From positions 66,714,001-66,778,000 of the forward strand of contig NW_024704742.1 in the NCBI RefSeq assembly GCF_018977255.1: a stretch of DNA of 64,000 nt. The letters are read 5' to 3'. Position 1 is the stretch's first letter. Each line of letters begins with the position of its first letter. The stretch is from Callorhinchus milii. Lineage: Eukaryota. Under the pieces are notes generated by a model. It was not told the origin of the DNA. It ran no database searches and was given only the letters and a program-made list of their open reading frames with translations. Positions 38,306-50,890 of this stretch are shown here, piece after piece. The translations under genes were made by a program, and so were the position numbers.

Positions 38306-40879
38306 ATTGGATTGTCAGCGTGGATTGTGAGTTCAAAGTCTCAACATAGGGCTTGAACCCACAATCATTTGACTCAGAGACGAGAGTGCTACCAACCGAG
38401 CCAGGCTGACATTAGTTTCTGTGATCGAAAATATACCAATTTGCACCAATTTGCGATAATTATAACAGTTTTGATTTTGGGGCATTCCTGTGCGGACACA
38501 AAGGTCCAAAACCCACAACAAAAGGGTTGGAGAGCTAAATGCTAGCCACAGAATAATCTGTGATTCCCCTCCCCCATCAACACCACAATTTTTTTCAATC
38601 AAATTTCATGGCAAAGTCTCCTAATTTCATTCACAAACTAAAAGAGGAATTTAGCAATGAAGATTTGCAGTTTGCAACCATTTCATTTTCAGCCCCTGCT
38701 GTGTGTGATAATAATAATAACCCTTTCATATGGAAGGATATCTCAAAGCACGTCAAGGGATTTATCGTAAAGTGTAGTGATTGTGTATTTTGTAGGTGAT
38801 CACGGCAGCACAGCAATGACCCACACACTTTCAGAGAATATTCTGTAAAGTAGTTTTGACTGTGTTTTGTGAGTGAAACGCACAAAGTGAATGATTAATT
38901 TTATCTGGCGGATTGTTGGCCAGGACAGTAATACAGTACAGTACAGTTCAGTGATATTTCAGCACCTTGGGACATCCTCCCAACAAAAAAGGTGTTATAA
39001 AAGTGCAATAAGTACACTTTGTTGTTGTCGTTGCTGTTAATGTTGATACAAAGTACACAGTATAATTTTTCCAAGCCCCTAGTCTCTGCTTGTCACACAC
39101 ACACTGGAAGGGGGAGGGAGAAGGAAGGAAATAATGATCCTTGCATTTGATGTAGCGCCTTATCACATCGTTGAGACATCTCAAAGTGCTGTACACGATA
39201 CACTTAAAGTGGTTTGACTGTGTATTTTGTGGGCGAAATACTAAAAAAGGTGAAAAGGCAAGAAAGGAGCAATGCGCCGTCTTTTATTGTCGGTGCGTTT
39301 GTCGCGGGACTAGTTTGTAGCAGAGGCGACCAGCTTGCTCGTTCACAACACCGATAGCATCTTTGTCATGTGCAAAGCGCTCTCTTCTCATTGTGCTGTG
39401 GTGATCTGGAGGAACTCCAGAGAGGAGCTGATGTGAGGACGGTCAATCATAACCCCAACCGATGATTCATGTTCCTTTCAAAACCTCATCCCTCAACTCC
39501 AGCGCACTGTACCTGGGTCTAAAATTGCTTTACTTAGTAGCCCTCAGAGAATTTAAAGGTTAGACAGGAAATATTCAGGCATTTGACATGTTTTTCAAGC
39601 TTGACAGTGACAGGGCAGTTGCTTTTTGGTAACTCGATATCTCATTATACTGATACACATCTTTTCCATCCTTGATCTCAGTGGTTAAAGACAAGAGCGA
39701 AGGCAATGAGTTGGTTTCTTGCTGCACCATTACAGGCTTCAGACTGTGTCATGTATATGTTGCTTTTGTAGCTAAGCTGTGCTGGATCGGAGAACAACCA
39801 CAATACTGGAGGGATGACAATAATAATAATCCTTGCATTTGCTATCGCACCTTATCACATTGTTGAGACATCTCAAAAGGTTTCACAGAATGTACTGTAA
39901 AGTGGATTTACTGTATTTTGTGGGAAGGGGGATCAGAAAGAGAGGGAGCACAGAGACTTTACGGACAGGGCTGAGATACAACACATGGTGTATTGTGGTT
40001 TTAAAATAAAATAATTGATTGTTAGTTGGTTGGTGGATCACTTTCTTCTTCTTTAAAAAAAATTTAATTTTTCAAATATTTTTCCTCCCCCACAAAAAAA
40101 TAATTTGAGTGATAGTTATCACTCAATCCACGACTGTTTGTGGCATACTGCTGTGCGCAATTGGCTGACACATTTCGCCCACAAAATCTACAGTCAATCC
40201 ACTTTACAATATTTTCTGTGAAGCACTTTGAGACGTCTCAATGACATAATAAGGCATTATATCAATTGTAAGCATTATTATTATTATAATCCACGGTTTG
40301 TGGGACACTACTGTGCGCAATTGACTGCCATGTTTCATCCACAAAATATACAGTCAACACACAATCCAATTATTATATACACCACGAATGGGTGGGGGCA
40401 TTATGAATAACCATGCAATTGTTTGAAGATAGCTTTAGCAGCGGCAGCGCAGGTAAATAGCCCTATTCATTTTCTGTCTATTTTTTGTGATCGCAGCAGA
40501 TTATTTGCAGGAAAAGCTTCCCCTTTTCCCATGGCTCCACAAACAAAACAATGTAGGAGCTGGCTGCAAAATTTCACTTAGTCGTAGCCCGTGGGACCAA
40601 TTCATTTTACAATTCATGATAGCGCTGGGTCGTGGAAAATTCTTAAACCCAGGCTCAATTTCGGGGGTTTTCTTTTTACCCCCTCTACCACCACCCCCTC
40701 CCCACCTCTCACTCCCATTCAAATCCCCAGCCATACCTCCCTCCACACTTTTGATCCTGTCTCCCCCTCTTTGCTCACCTCCAAAATGCACAGTCACTCT
40801 CTTTTACAGTACATCCTGTGAAGCTCTTTCAGACAACATGATGAAGCACTATATCAAATGCAAGGATTATTCTTATTAT

Positions 40880-41070
40880 TCTTGTTAACCTTGCAAGTGA
40901 AAGCCTCAATGGGGCACGTGTTCCTCGCTGGGCAGTGGGAAGCTGGCCAGGCAGTGCTTGCAATGGCAAGTTGTGCTGTTTTAGCTGGTTAAATGCCAGC
41001 ACTGTACATTCACACTCTTGAGTCCTCAAGCCTTACCACTTGCCAACCAAACCTCTCCGGGATTAGATAA
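40880..41070 (+). repeat. Family X copy
   Basis: gcagtgggaagctggccaggcagtgcttgcaatggcaagttgtgctgttttagctggtt...gtcctcaagcctt. Confidence 0.8.
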
Positions 41071-42471
41071 TCAGAGCCCTCCTCAATGTCCCACAGCACA
41101 ACAATGAAGTGAATTAACAATTCTAACAGGGAGATTGGTTAATAGGACTCTGGGAGAGAGAAATTCTCTTTTTGAATCACACTGTGGGATATTTAACATC
41201 CAGCTGAACCGGTGGTTGTGACCTCAGTTTAATGTCTCATCCAAAAGAGGGCAGCTCAGGCAATGAGTACGCTTTGTACATCAGGGTTTCATGTCTCAAA
41301 GCGCTTTAGACTGCCGGCTGGGCACGCAAGCTGTGTGTGGGGCGCGGGGGGTTGGGAAGGGGAGGGGAAAGGTGGGAAAGCACGGTAATGGAAGTAAGTC
41401 TTTAAGCAGCTTTGAAAGTGGAGTAAGCTGAAGGGATTCTGGGATGGAGTTCCAGGGAGTGGGATGGTGGTGGGGAAGGGGGGGGGGGCTATAATAATGG
41501 CTGAAAGCACAACATCCATTACCTTGAAATTCTTAGCGGGGATAGCATCTGCCGCTCTTACGAGTTGCTGACAGTATCTTCTGGAGAAAACATCACCGTT
41601 CAATGTGTAATTCGAGTCAATACAGTGGAGCCCACTTCAGAGCTGCTGGGATAAGATCAAATCCATCTGAAGATCAAAACATTTACGTGTACAAAACGGC
41701 TTCCATCCGCTGCAGAGCTGCTCCATTACATTAACCTACTGATCGTTCCTGCTTCATGCCCACCTTAATATCTTTGTTTCTGTCAAGGAAATGTTTCTCA
41801 AAATAATTTTTCAAGCATTTCCAAAAGTCAAATATCATTAAAGTATTCGAGGACCATTCTTTTGTGTGTCAGCAGCAGGTGAAATGAGCGAGTGGATTAT
41901 TACCTGTGGTTTGGAAAATCTTGTAGGTGCAGATGTATCGGGTGAAATAAAGTGCAAAGTTTCTTAACAGATTCAATGGGATGAATAATGAAACATTGTA
42001 TTTTGACTCCCATTCTCTTTTTGATTAGTGCCATGGGATCTTTAATGCTCACCTGAATAGGTAAACAGAACCTAGATTTAATAGCTAAAATTAGTATTCT
42101 AAGGTATATTGGGGACTCATTGGGTAGCACTCTCGCCTCTGGGTCAGAAGCCTCATATCATCCAACAGTTCAGTGTTGGGGTTGTCACCTTTCAAAAAGA
42201 ATAAGATGATTATTTGAAGAGGAATCCAATAGTGTAGAACTGTCCTGGAAAAGGACAGGAGACAGGGATCAGAGTGGCTGCTTTCAACAGAGGACCTAAT
42301 GACATCTGCATCAACGAGCCAAAGGGGGCCTTTGTGTGCTATAATTTCTATGATTCCTTCATTCATTTTATATACACAAATAACTTCAATCAGAACCTCT
42401 GACTTGCCCCTCGCTGACTTCTATCAAGGGCCGCTTCAAAACCTTCCTATTCAACTGTGCCTTCGGTCATC

Positions 42472-42843
42472 TTAATAATAATCTTGCATTTGATGTAGCG
42501 CCTTATATTATTGAGACGTCTCAAAGCTCTTCACAGCTCTTTATACTGTAAAGTGAATTGACTGTATATTTTGTGGGCGAAATACGGCAGACAATTGGGC
42601 ACCAGCAGTATCCTACAAACAGTCGTGGATTGAGTGACCCAATTATTAGTCATTTTTGGAAGGGATTATTACCCCCGGAAAAGCAATCTGCCAATCGACT
42701 AACAACCAGGTTCCTACTTACCGCTAGGTAAACAGAAATGTGTGCAGTAAAGAAACTTGCCTTAGGATTTGCCCCGTCCAGAAATCAAACCCGGGTCCTC
42801 TCGCTTGCAAGGCGAGTGCTCTAACTACTATGCTGCAGGACTC
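42472..42843 (-). mobile_element. SINE family A, full length, well-preserved copy
   Basis: Reverse complement begins gagtcctgcagcatagtagttagagcactcgc-cttgcaa-gcgag: a perfect anticodon stem with Ala anticodon TGC (CGC in other copies). Confidence 0.93.
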
Positions 42844-42961
42844 TTCCTGTTTTTCCCTCCCCAAGATCCTCGGCTCCCATTTCCAGCTCGGGTGTCAAGC
42901 CAGTACTGTCGAGTGTCTTGGGATGTGAAAGGGGCTGTAACAATATAAATCAATATTGTAA

Positions 42962-43082
42962 AAAAATCTGAAATAAAAACAAATGTTCTGACAAAAGATC
43001 ATCGACCTGAAACATTAACTCACTTTTCTCACTTCATAGATGCTGCCTGACCAGCTGGTGTTCCCAATGACTTCTGTTTCAA
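42962..43082 (+). mobile_element. Penelope-like-element-derived short repeat with decayed minimal hammerhead ribozyme motif
   Basis: ctgacaa-aagatc-atc-gacct-gaaac at 42988-43013 fits CUGANGA-stem II-GAAA with CpG-decay changes; followed by agatgctgcctgacc, as I recall from chondrichthyan Penelope-derived repeats. Confidence 0.6.
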
Positions 43083-43379
43083 TCTGTATTGTGTTGTTTT
43101 CTTTCTGTCATCACTGCTCGGGGCCGGAAAGGTGCAGGAATTGGATCTTGTAGAAGTGATATGGAAAGAAACCAAGTCTATGCAGTCCAGCCTTCTTATT
43201 GAAATGTTATGGCAATTGAACCATGATTAACTAGTGAAGGCGGTGGGGGGGGTGGGGAAGGAAGTAAGTGGTGTCTCCTTGGGACTGAACTGAATCCAAG
43301 GTAACGTGCTTGGAAACGGAATGTCAGAAGTGAGTCATTCTTTTGTGGTGGTGTCGGTAGCCCAATTCGTGAGCCAAGT

Positions 43380-43622
43380 TATTGTTGATGACAGACCAGC
43401 CAGTTATGGTTCGTCAACAGGACTTGGAGAAGCAGACCAGTCACTCGATGCTTCCCACTTGGCTCCTGTTAATCCTACAAGTCAAACCCCTGATGTGTAG
43501 GTCCAAGCTGGACGAGCAGTGGGAAGCTTGACAGACGGTGTACTCAATGGCAAGCTATGTGGTTTTAGCTGGTTGAACTTCAGCAGGTACCCCAACACAA
43601 ACTCTGGTGTCCTCAGCCTTGG
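43380..43622 (+). repeat. Family X copy
   Basis: tgatgacagaccagccag...ttcccacttggctcctgttaatcct...gcagtgggaagcttgacagacggtgtactcaatggcaagct. Confidence 0.85.
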
Positions 43623-46094
43623 TGGCGGGGTTGACGGAATGGGGTTTACCAATAACAATGTGTTTGTGCCAAGTACAAATAGTGCAATTGTGCAGAGATT
43701 CGGGTTCAGTGTACTGAAATGAGTATTCTGGCGTATATTAGGAGATTCAATTGGTAGCAGTCTTGCCTCTGAGTCAGAAAATCAGAGTCAGAAAATCCCT
43801 CTGATTCAATGCATTATTATGGGTGATGAAGGGCGGGGGGGGCCCAAAATGTGATATTTCTTATTGGCAATCCTTAATTATAGTAATCTGGGGCCCCAGT
43901 TCGAAGGGATCTACTTTCAGAACTGAGCCCCTCCCCCATCTCTCCCATTCTCCCCCACTCCCTCCACCACCACCCTCTCCCAGCCTGGGTGACTTGGAAT
44001 TCTAATAAAAATCCTAGTTAATAAAATGCTAATAAAATAATAAAGTGCATTTATATACCGTCCTTTACGTTGGGAGGTGCTGGATATCTAACTTCCACCT
44101 GAACAGGCAGACAGGACCTAAATTTAACATCTCATCCGAACAATGCCACCTCCAACATTGAGTACACCTTTCACATAAAGGAGGACATCTCAAAATGCTT
44201 TACACTGCTGGCTGGGCACACAGGCTTGGGGGAGGGGAGGGAGGAAATAGGAGAAAGCATGGTCATAAAGTTAAGTCTTGAGGCAGGCCTTGAAAGTGGG
44301 GTAAGCCGGGAGGACTCTGGGATGGAGTTCCAGAGGTCTGGGTAGAGGTGGGTAGAGGCAGAATACCTGAAAGCTCAACATCTATTACCTTCTAACAGAG
44401 CAGGGGAAGAGGATGAGGATGAGGAGGGGGGTGGGGGTGGGGGGAAGAGGAGCAAGAGGGAGAGAGAGGAGAGAAAGGAAGTGGAGTGGGATGAGTAGGT
44501 GGGCGATGGGGTTTGGGTGGGGAGGGGGCAATTTTATACTGTGCTAGTTTCAGGGGAGAAGGACTGATATACAGAAAGACAGAGGTTACCCACAGAGCTC
44601 AAGACTGGAAGGCCTCCCAGCACATAAACAATCAGGTGATGTATATCTGCGGACTGTATCTTCCACTCTCCCCTCCCTCCCTCCCTCCTGCACAGCCGTG
44701 AAATTGACATTTTGAAACTAATTGTACGGTGAAATCTACCAAATTCTAGAACTGTGTTTTAGATTTCAAGCAGGCTTTAAGCCTGATGTCTTTTGGGTAT
44801 TAGTTTTCTGCCTGGGTTATAGCTGTAAGCAAAGTGCAAAAGGGGATTATTATGCCCCAGCAGTAAGATAGAGTGAATCTGGCTAATCTGCATTGCTTAT
44901 CTTAGGCAGACAGTGGTCTATCAGGACCTGTCTCTCTGCCCTCCACGCATGTTTCCCTCACTTTATTGCTGGGCGGCTCGTGGCTATCGCACGCTCCTAT
45001 AAACAGCCAATTACTGGCCCAAACAGATGTCAGAGGCTATGATCAAATAATTTAGCTGAAGTGAAGGGGCCTTAATACAGGTCAATTTCACTCGGTTAGA
45101 CATGGTGTCTGAGTCAGGGCAGGGAGGAGGGGGAGGGGGGATGATGGCGTGCACTGGTAATAGGAATTTGGGTTCAGCAGCTACATATAATATATATGTA
45201 TATATATGTGTGTGTGTATATATATATATATATACTGCTGTGCACAAATTGACTGCCACATTTTCCTCACAAAATACACATGGTCTCACCACTGCACTTC
45301 ATATCCAGTGAAACGCTTTGAAACATCTCAATGATGTGATGATGATAATAATAATAATAATAATAATCCTTTAATTTGGTACAGTGCCTTTCACATCAGG
45401 GTGGTGTTGCAGAGCATTTCACAGGATTTACTGTAAAGTGTAGTGCCTGTGTGTTTTGTGGGCGAACAAAGCTATATCAAATACAATGGATTATTTATTA
45501 TTATTAATCTCTCATTGGGCAAAAGCTACTGATTCTTTCTCCCAGTACACGGTGAGCACCTCAGGTCAGTTTAATGCGGCACCCGCTCGCTCGCTCTTGA
45601 GAGAATAATCCACTCCTGACTGGAAATGATAGGTTACCAGCAAGTAATCGTTCCAAAGTTTACAAGCCTTTAAATGTTCAATTGCCTGGTATGAATTATT
45701 ATATTTTATTATGTTCTTTTGCTTTGAGTTTTCATTGCAACAAAATGTACTCGTCCCCACCCCCCCCCCCCCCTCTCATTCCCCAAGCCCTCCTTCAATC
45801 CCCCATAAATTTGGTCACTAAAACCACAACTGTTTGTGGGACACTGCTGTGTGCAATTGGCTGCCATGTTTCATCCACAAAATACACAGTCAATCCGCTT
45901 TACAATATATTCTGTGAAGCGCTTTGAGACGTCTCAACGACATGATAAGGAGCTATATCAAATGAAAGGATTATAATCCCCCTCCCCCGTCGTAGATTGC
46001 TACTTTTATTCCATTTATAGAGCAATTCTCCCATTTGATCCTGTATTTACATAATTGACCAAAACATTTTGCCTGAAAATACACCCAGTGTTTT

Positions 46095-46305
46095 AGCCCA
46101 TCTTGTCTTTTAACGCCAGACAGAATTGTGGAAAATGCTTAGAATTCAGTCTTGGTCTGAAAGCTGTTTCCCTCCTTCCCCCCCAACCCCACCTCCACCC
46201 CCACCACCCTTCCCTTCCCGTTAAAAGTAAACTGCTTCTAAATTAAGACAGGAATTACGAATTTTCCACAATTCTGCAGCATTTTGAGTGTTATGGCAAA
46301 ATGGC
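46095..46305. repeat. Palindromic (fold-back/MITE-like) element
   Basis: Perfect 16-bp inverted repeat cagaattgtggaaaat (46121-46136) / attttccacaattctg (46261-46276), with further imperfect pairing inside and outside. Confidence 0.7.
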
Positions 46306-47339
46306 CTTATGTGGAATTTCAGTTTACCTAAGAGTAATATTACCTTGGAGTAAGTTGGAATCCGGTTGGTAGTTGATTCGTGGATTGCTTTCCGCGGGTA
46401 TTAATCTCTCAAAAAAAAATACACAGTCAATCCATTTTACTATATATATTGTGAAGCGCTTTGAGACACCTCAACAACATGATAAGGCACTATATCAAAT
46501 GCAAGGACTGCTATTAATTTGTGAACAAGCCAAACGGCCAGTTTTATAACTCCAAAAATAACCGTTCATTGAACCGGCGTAAGATCATCTTCCACAGAAT
46601 GACGCTTCCAATTAAGAGCAACTCCTACGGATTCCCTCTAATATTTCTAACCCCTTCACCCTCGCTGGAAGATGTTACTCAACAAAAAAGCTATTAACTT
46701 CAATGGAAGCTTTTCAGTTGAGGGCAAAAGGTTAATGCAATTTCATCCCTGATAAAGCTTTCCTTATAAGACCCACTTTTTTCTTTGGCAAATGTGCGAT
46801 GATGTTATCAAGATACCATTCTAGTTTATTTTTCACTGTTTTCCCAGTTTTCAGACTATTTTTGACAATATTTTTTTCTTTTGCTTATAGCATTCCAACT
46901 ATTCACTTCACAGTATATTTTGTGATGCGCTTTGAGACATCTCAACGACATGATAAGGTTCTATATCAAATGCAAGAATTATTATACTTACAACAGCCAA
47001 ATTATCAGCCCAATTTGGTACACAGTCTGCCTATTTTTTTGGTCAGCTGAGTGTCTAACACACGTCATTTGCCAATATAAATTAAAAATCTCCTGAACGA
47101 CAATTTTCCCAGGTTTATCCCTCTCCTAACTCTTACTACATTCTACTGTCCTTTTCAATGCCAGTTTGCTGTCCCCAGAGGACAAAGAAAGTAGCTCATC
47201 AGCTTCGCCACAGCTCTGTGGACAATTTACCCCTCTTCTGGGGTGGGAGGTAAGCAGGGTCTCCTTGGAACTGGACTGGCTCCAAGGTGATGCTCTTTGA
47301 AGACTGAATGTCAGAATCCGGCAGTCTGGTTCCTGAGCC

Positions 47340-47640
47340 AGGCTGGTCCACAGTATTACTGCTGGTGACCGCCCAGCCCATCAACAGGACCTGGAAGGAC
47401 AGACCAGTGACTGGGGCAGGGAGTCATCCCACTCAGCTCCTGTTAACACTGCAAGCCAAAGCCCTAACAGATAGGTTGGCCCCAGCTCGACAAGACCAGT
47501 CACTGGGAGCAGGTCTCCTTCCCATTCGATATCTGTTAACCCTGCAACCTGAAATCCTAACGGGTAGGTTAGGCTGGACAAACAGCAGGAAGCTTGCCAG
47601 TGCTCTCAATGTGGCTTTAGTAGGTTAAATGTTAGCAGAC
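47340..47640 (+). repeat. Family X copy with ~92-bp internal tandem duplication
   Basis: agaccagtgactgggg... at 47401 recurs as agaccagtcactggga... at 47493. Confidence 0.85.
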
Positions 47641-48844
47641 ATGTGCAGTCCCTCTTAGATGTTGACAGGGAAACTTTACAGGGTAGCAGCAATCTACAGA
47701 CCTCCCCAGCATTGTATCAAATGTCTCAAACAGAGAATGCAAAACCTTTTCCATGTGGGTAATAATCCCTCAAAAAATAATAATAAGTTGTTCACTCAAT
47801 GCACGACTGTTTGTGGAACACTGCTGTGTGCAATTGGCTGCCACGCTTTCCCCTCAGAATACACAGTCAATCCACTTAACACTATATTCTGTGAAGCGCT
47901 TTGTGACGTCTCAACAATGTAATAAGGCGCTGGATCAAATGCAAAGAGCTTTATTAAGAGCTCTTATAATTAAAAATAACTAACTTCCACTCACACTGGA
48001 ATGTGCTGTCAAGTGTAGTGACTGTATATTTGTAGATAAACGTTGCAGCCAACCATACCCCTTTATAATTGTGGTAAAAATGAATAAACTCATTGAGTAA
48101 AAGATTATTTTATTTGTTATGTAACCCAGAACTGCTGTAGGCCAAGGTTTGTGGCATTTCATAGCATTAATCCTACTTTAAAACCTACCTTAAAGTTCAC
48201 CTCTTCGACCACACATATGGTCAACTCCCTCTCTGTCTGCCCCTTCCCCTGCAATTGAGACACCATCCTGCGTGAAGGGTCCTATGTCAATGCAAGTTAG
48301 TGTTGCTGTTAACTCAAGCAATGCAATATCAAAATGCCACAAAATATAACCCAAATCTACATCCTCAAAGCTTCCAGTAACTCGTTGTTACTCAACTAGG
48401 CTTCAGAGAGTGTATTGAATAGTATTTATTTAGGGGAGTTTCTCCTGGTATCCTGACCAACAATGCCCCAGATAAAATTGGTTGTTTACTTCATGGTTGT
48501 TTATGGAGCATTGCCATGTGCAAATTGGATGCCGTGTTTGCCTACAAAATGCACAGGCACTACACTTCACAGGGAATCCTTTGAAACTCTTTGAGATATC
48601 CTCCTGATGTGAAAGTCGCAGTATCAAATGCAAGGAGTAATATTAAATGAAAAGATTATTTATTTAAGTGAACATAAATAGGCTGTTTTCACGAGTTGGT
48701 GAGTCCATGACAATGGGGTCCTAAATATTAAATAGCCGCAAATGGATCTAAAGGCGAGTTTAAGAGTAACTTGTTTATGTAGAGGATGGTAGGAATGTGG
48801 AACTCATTACCTGATACATGAGAAAGAAGGAAACAGAGGGATTT

Positions 48845-49145
48845 TTTTTTACCATAAAGTGTAGTGATTGTGTATTTTTAGGTTAATACGGCAATCAATT
48901 TGCACATAGAAATGTCCCAGAAACAACCATGAGTGACCAATTTCATCCAGGGGATTGTTGGCCAGGACACCGGGAGAAACTCCCTGCTGTTTTTGAGTAG
49001 TGCCACGGGATCTTTAATGTCCATCTGAATGACCAGATGGGATCTTGGTTTAATGGCTCATTTGAAGGACGGCACTTTCGACAATGTAACAGCCCCCAAA
49101 CCCCAACACTGCATTGGAGCGTCAGCCTGGACTGTACGAGTTCAT
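48845..49145 (-). mobile_element. SINE family B (DeuSINE)
   Basis: Reverse Deu domain gttggccaggacaccgggagaaactccctg...gtgccacgggatctttaatgtccatctgaa. Confidence 0.88.
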
Positions 49146-49359
49146 ATCCTTCTATCAGATGGGGACCAGGTGCACAACCAATAATAGACCTATGATTAAA
49201 CAGAGCTGCTCCTAATTTACCCCAGAGACATCTTCAGCATACGTCAATCCTTTTTAGAATTATCTACCGGTTTATAACTCATGAATAAAAGAATAGCTTT
49301 TTACCAAAGTGTTTTCTCACAATTATTATTTTGAGTCAGCTGGTTGACTGACACATGGG

Positions 49360-49640
49360 AAAAGCATCACCATGCATAAGAGTATCCAAACCAGACTAAA
49401 AATTCCACATGTGTATGCCACCTACACATGGGAATTTCCCTGTATCTGGAATAGAATATGTACTCGCTCCCTGGAGGGACGCACCTTGTTTATCTAATTT
49501 TGCAGAGTATTAGGCACAGGTTGGCAAGACTCCAATGTGTTTGACATTTGGTTTGGGAACACCAGAGTGTGCTTTGGGATACTGCTGCAACCTAACCAGC
49601 TAAAACCACACAGCTTACCATTGAGGGCACTGTCTGGCAG
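49360..49640 (-). repeat. Family X copy (reverse)
   Basis: Reverse complement of 34870-35105 and 10515-10700. Confidence 0.85.
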
Positions 49641-50145
49641 GCAAAATGGGGAGGTGACTGAAAGCACAAGCAAAAAGGATGTTCTTTAGGCAGGATTTAA
49701 AAGTGGAGATGGAGGGGGCAAATTGGAGGGATTGAGGGAGAGAGTTCCAGAGTTTCGGGGCGTAGTGGTTGAAAGCACAACCAACGATGGTGGAGCGGAG
49801 GGGACGAGGGACAAACAGAATGTCGGAGCCAGCCGAGCAGAGGCAGCCGGTGGTGGAGTGGGGGTTAAGCAAATTGGATAGGTAGGGAGGTGCGAGGGCG
49901 TGAAGGGATTTGAGAACAAATGATAGGATCTTGAAATCAATCTGTTGGGTGACTGGAAGCTGGAAGCAGGTGGAGCCTGGCAAGGACTGGTGTGATGGGG
50001 TACGGAGTTTTGTGCGGTGAGTATTCGGTCGCCAGAGTTCTGAATTAGTTGAATTTTGTGTATGATGGAGCTGTGAAGACCATCGATGAGGGCATTGGAA
50101 TAGTTCAGCTGGGAAGCAATGAAGGCGTGGACAGTTGTTTCTATG
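49641..50145 (-). mobile_element. L2 LINE fragment (ORF2 C-terminus)
   Basis: ETTVHAFIASQLNYSNALIDGL..IHKIQLIQNS and AFNHYAPKLWNSLPQSL...FKSCLKNILF. Confidence 0.93.
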
Positions 50146-50189
50146 GTACCTTTCAAGTCAGGAGGACATCTCAAAGCATTTCATAGAGC

Positions 50190-50890
50190 CATATGGGCAA
50201 CTGAAAAGCTGACACCTAACCACAATATTTAACCATTGGATAAATCTCCATAACAGCAAAAAAATGTAATTGGGAATATGTTCGAGCTAGATAGAGGAAA
50301 GTACAGCAGGTATAATACAGCTCTCTCAAGCAGAAGTGACGTGCTAATTTAGTTGGGATGAATGAGCAAATGAAAGATATTTTAGTCGCTTCTCTGCTTT
50401 ATTGAATAAACACGGAGTGTATTGACAGCATTTCATGGAACAATTAATATTTATGTTAAATGCCACTTAATGGACAATTTCCACGTTACAAAGCTCCAAC
50501 ATTTCATTGAAAACAACGGGACACCAAAGGCAATTCTTTGCAACTTATTACGATAATAAGGAGGTAGCTGATCTTGATCTTGGGTTACACAATGTATATT
50601 TTTTAAAAAATAGCAAAAGCTAAATAAACAGTAAAAGTCCTTTCTCCCTCTGGGCTGCTTCCTCCATAATTAAAATCAATAGGATCTTTCTCTGAGGATC
50701 TCTTTAACCTCATCAGGCTGCAGCCTTTAAAGCAGGCAATTTTTAAACAAACAGACCTCCAATTGCCTGGAACAGAAGGAAGGTCTTAACATAGCTTTAT
50801 TCTAACAAAGGCGCATTCTGTAAATTCCATGCTCCAAAGCACTCTGCCTCATAATTAACTTTCTTCTTTTGCTATGGTTTCTTTTAGAAA
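50190..50890. promoter_or_regulatory. Putative conserved non-coding element
   Basis: About 700 bp repeat-free and AT-rich, with TAATTA, ACAAT (SOX-type) and TGACAG motifs. Confidence 0.35.

Noticed and set aside
44400..44530. G-rich tract with G-quadruplex potential
   Set aside because: Low-complexity purine tracts are common throughout this window; there is no specific support.
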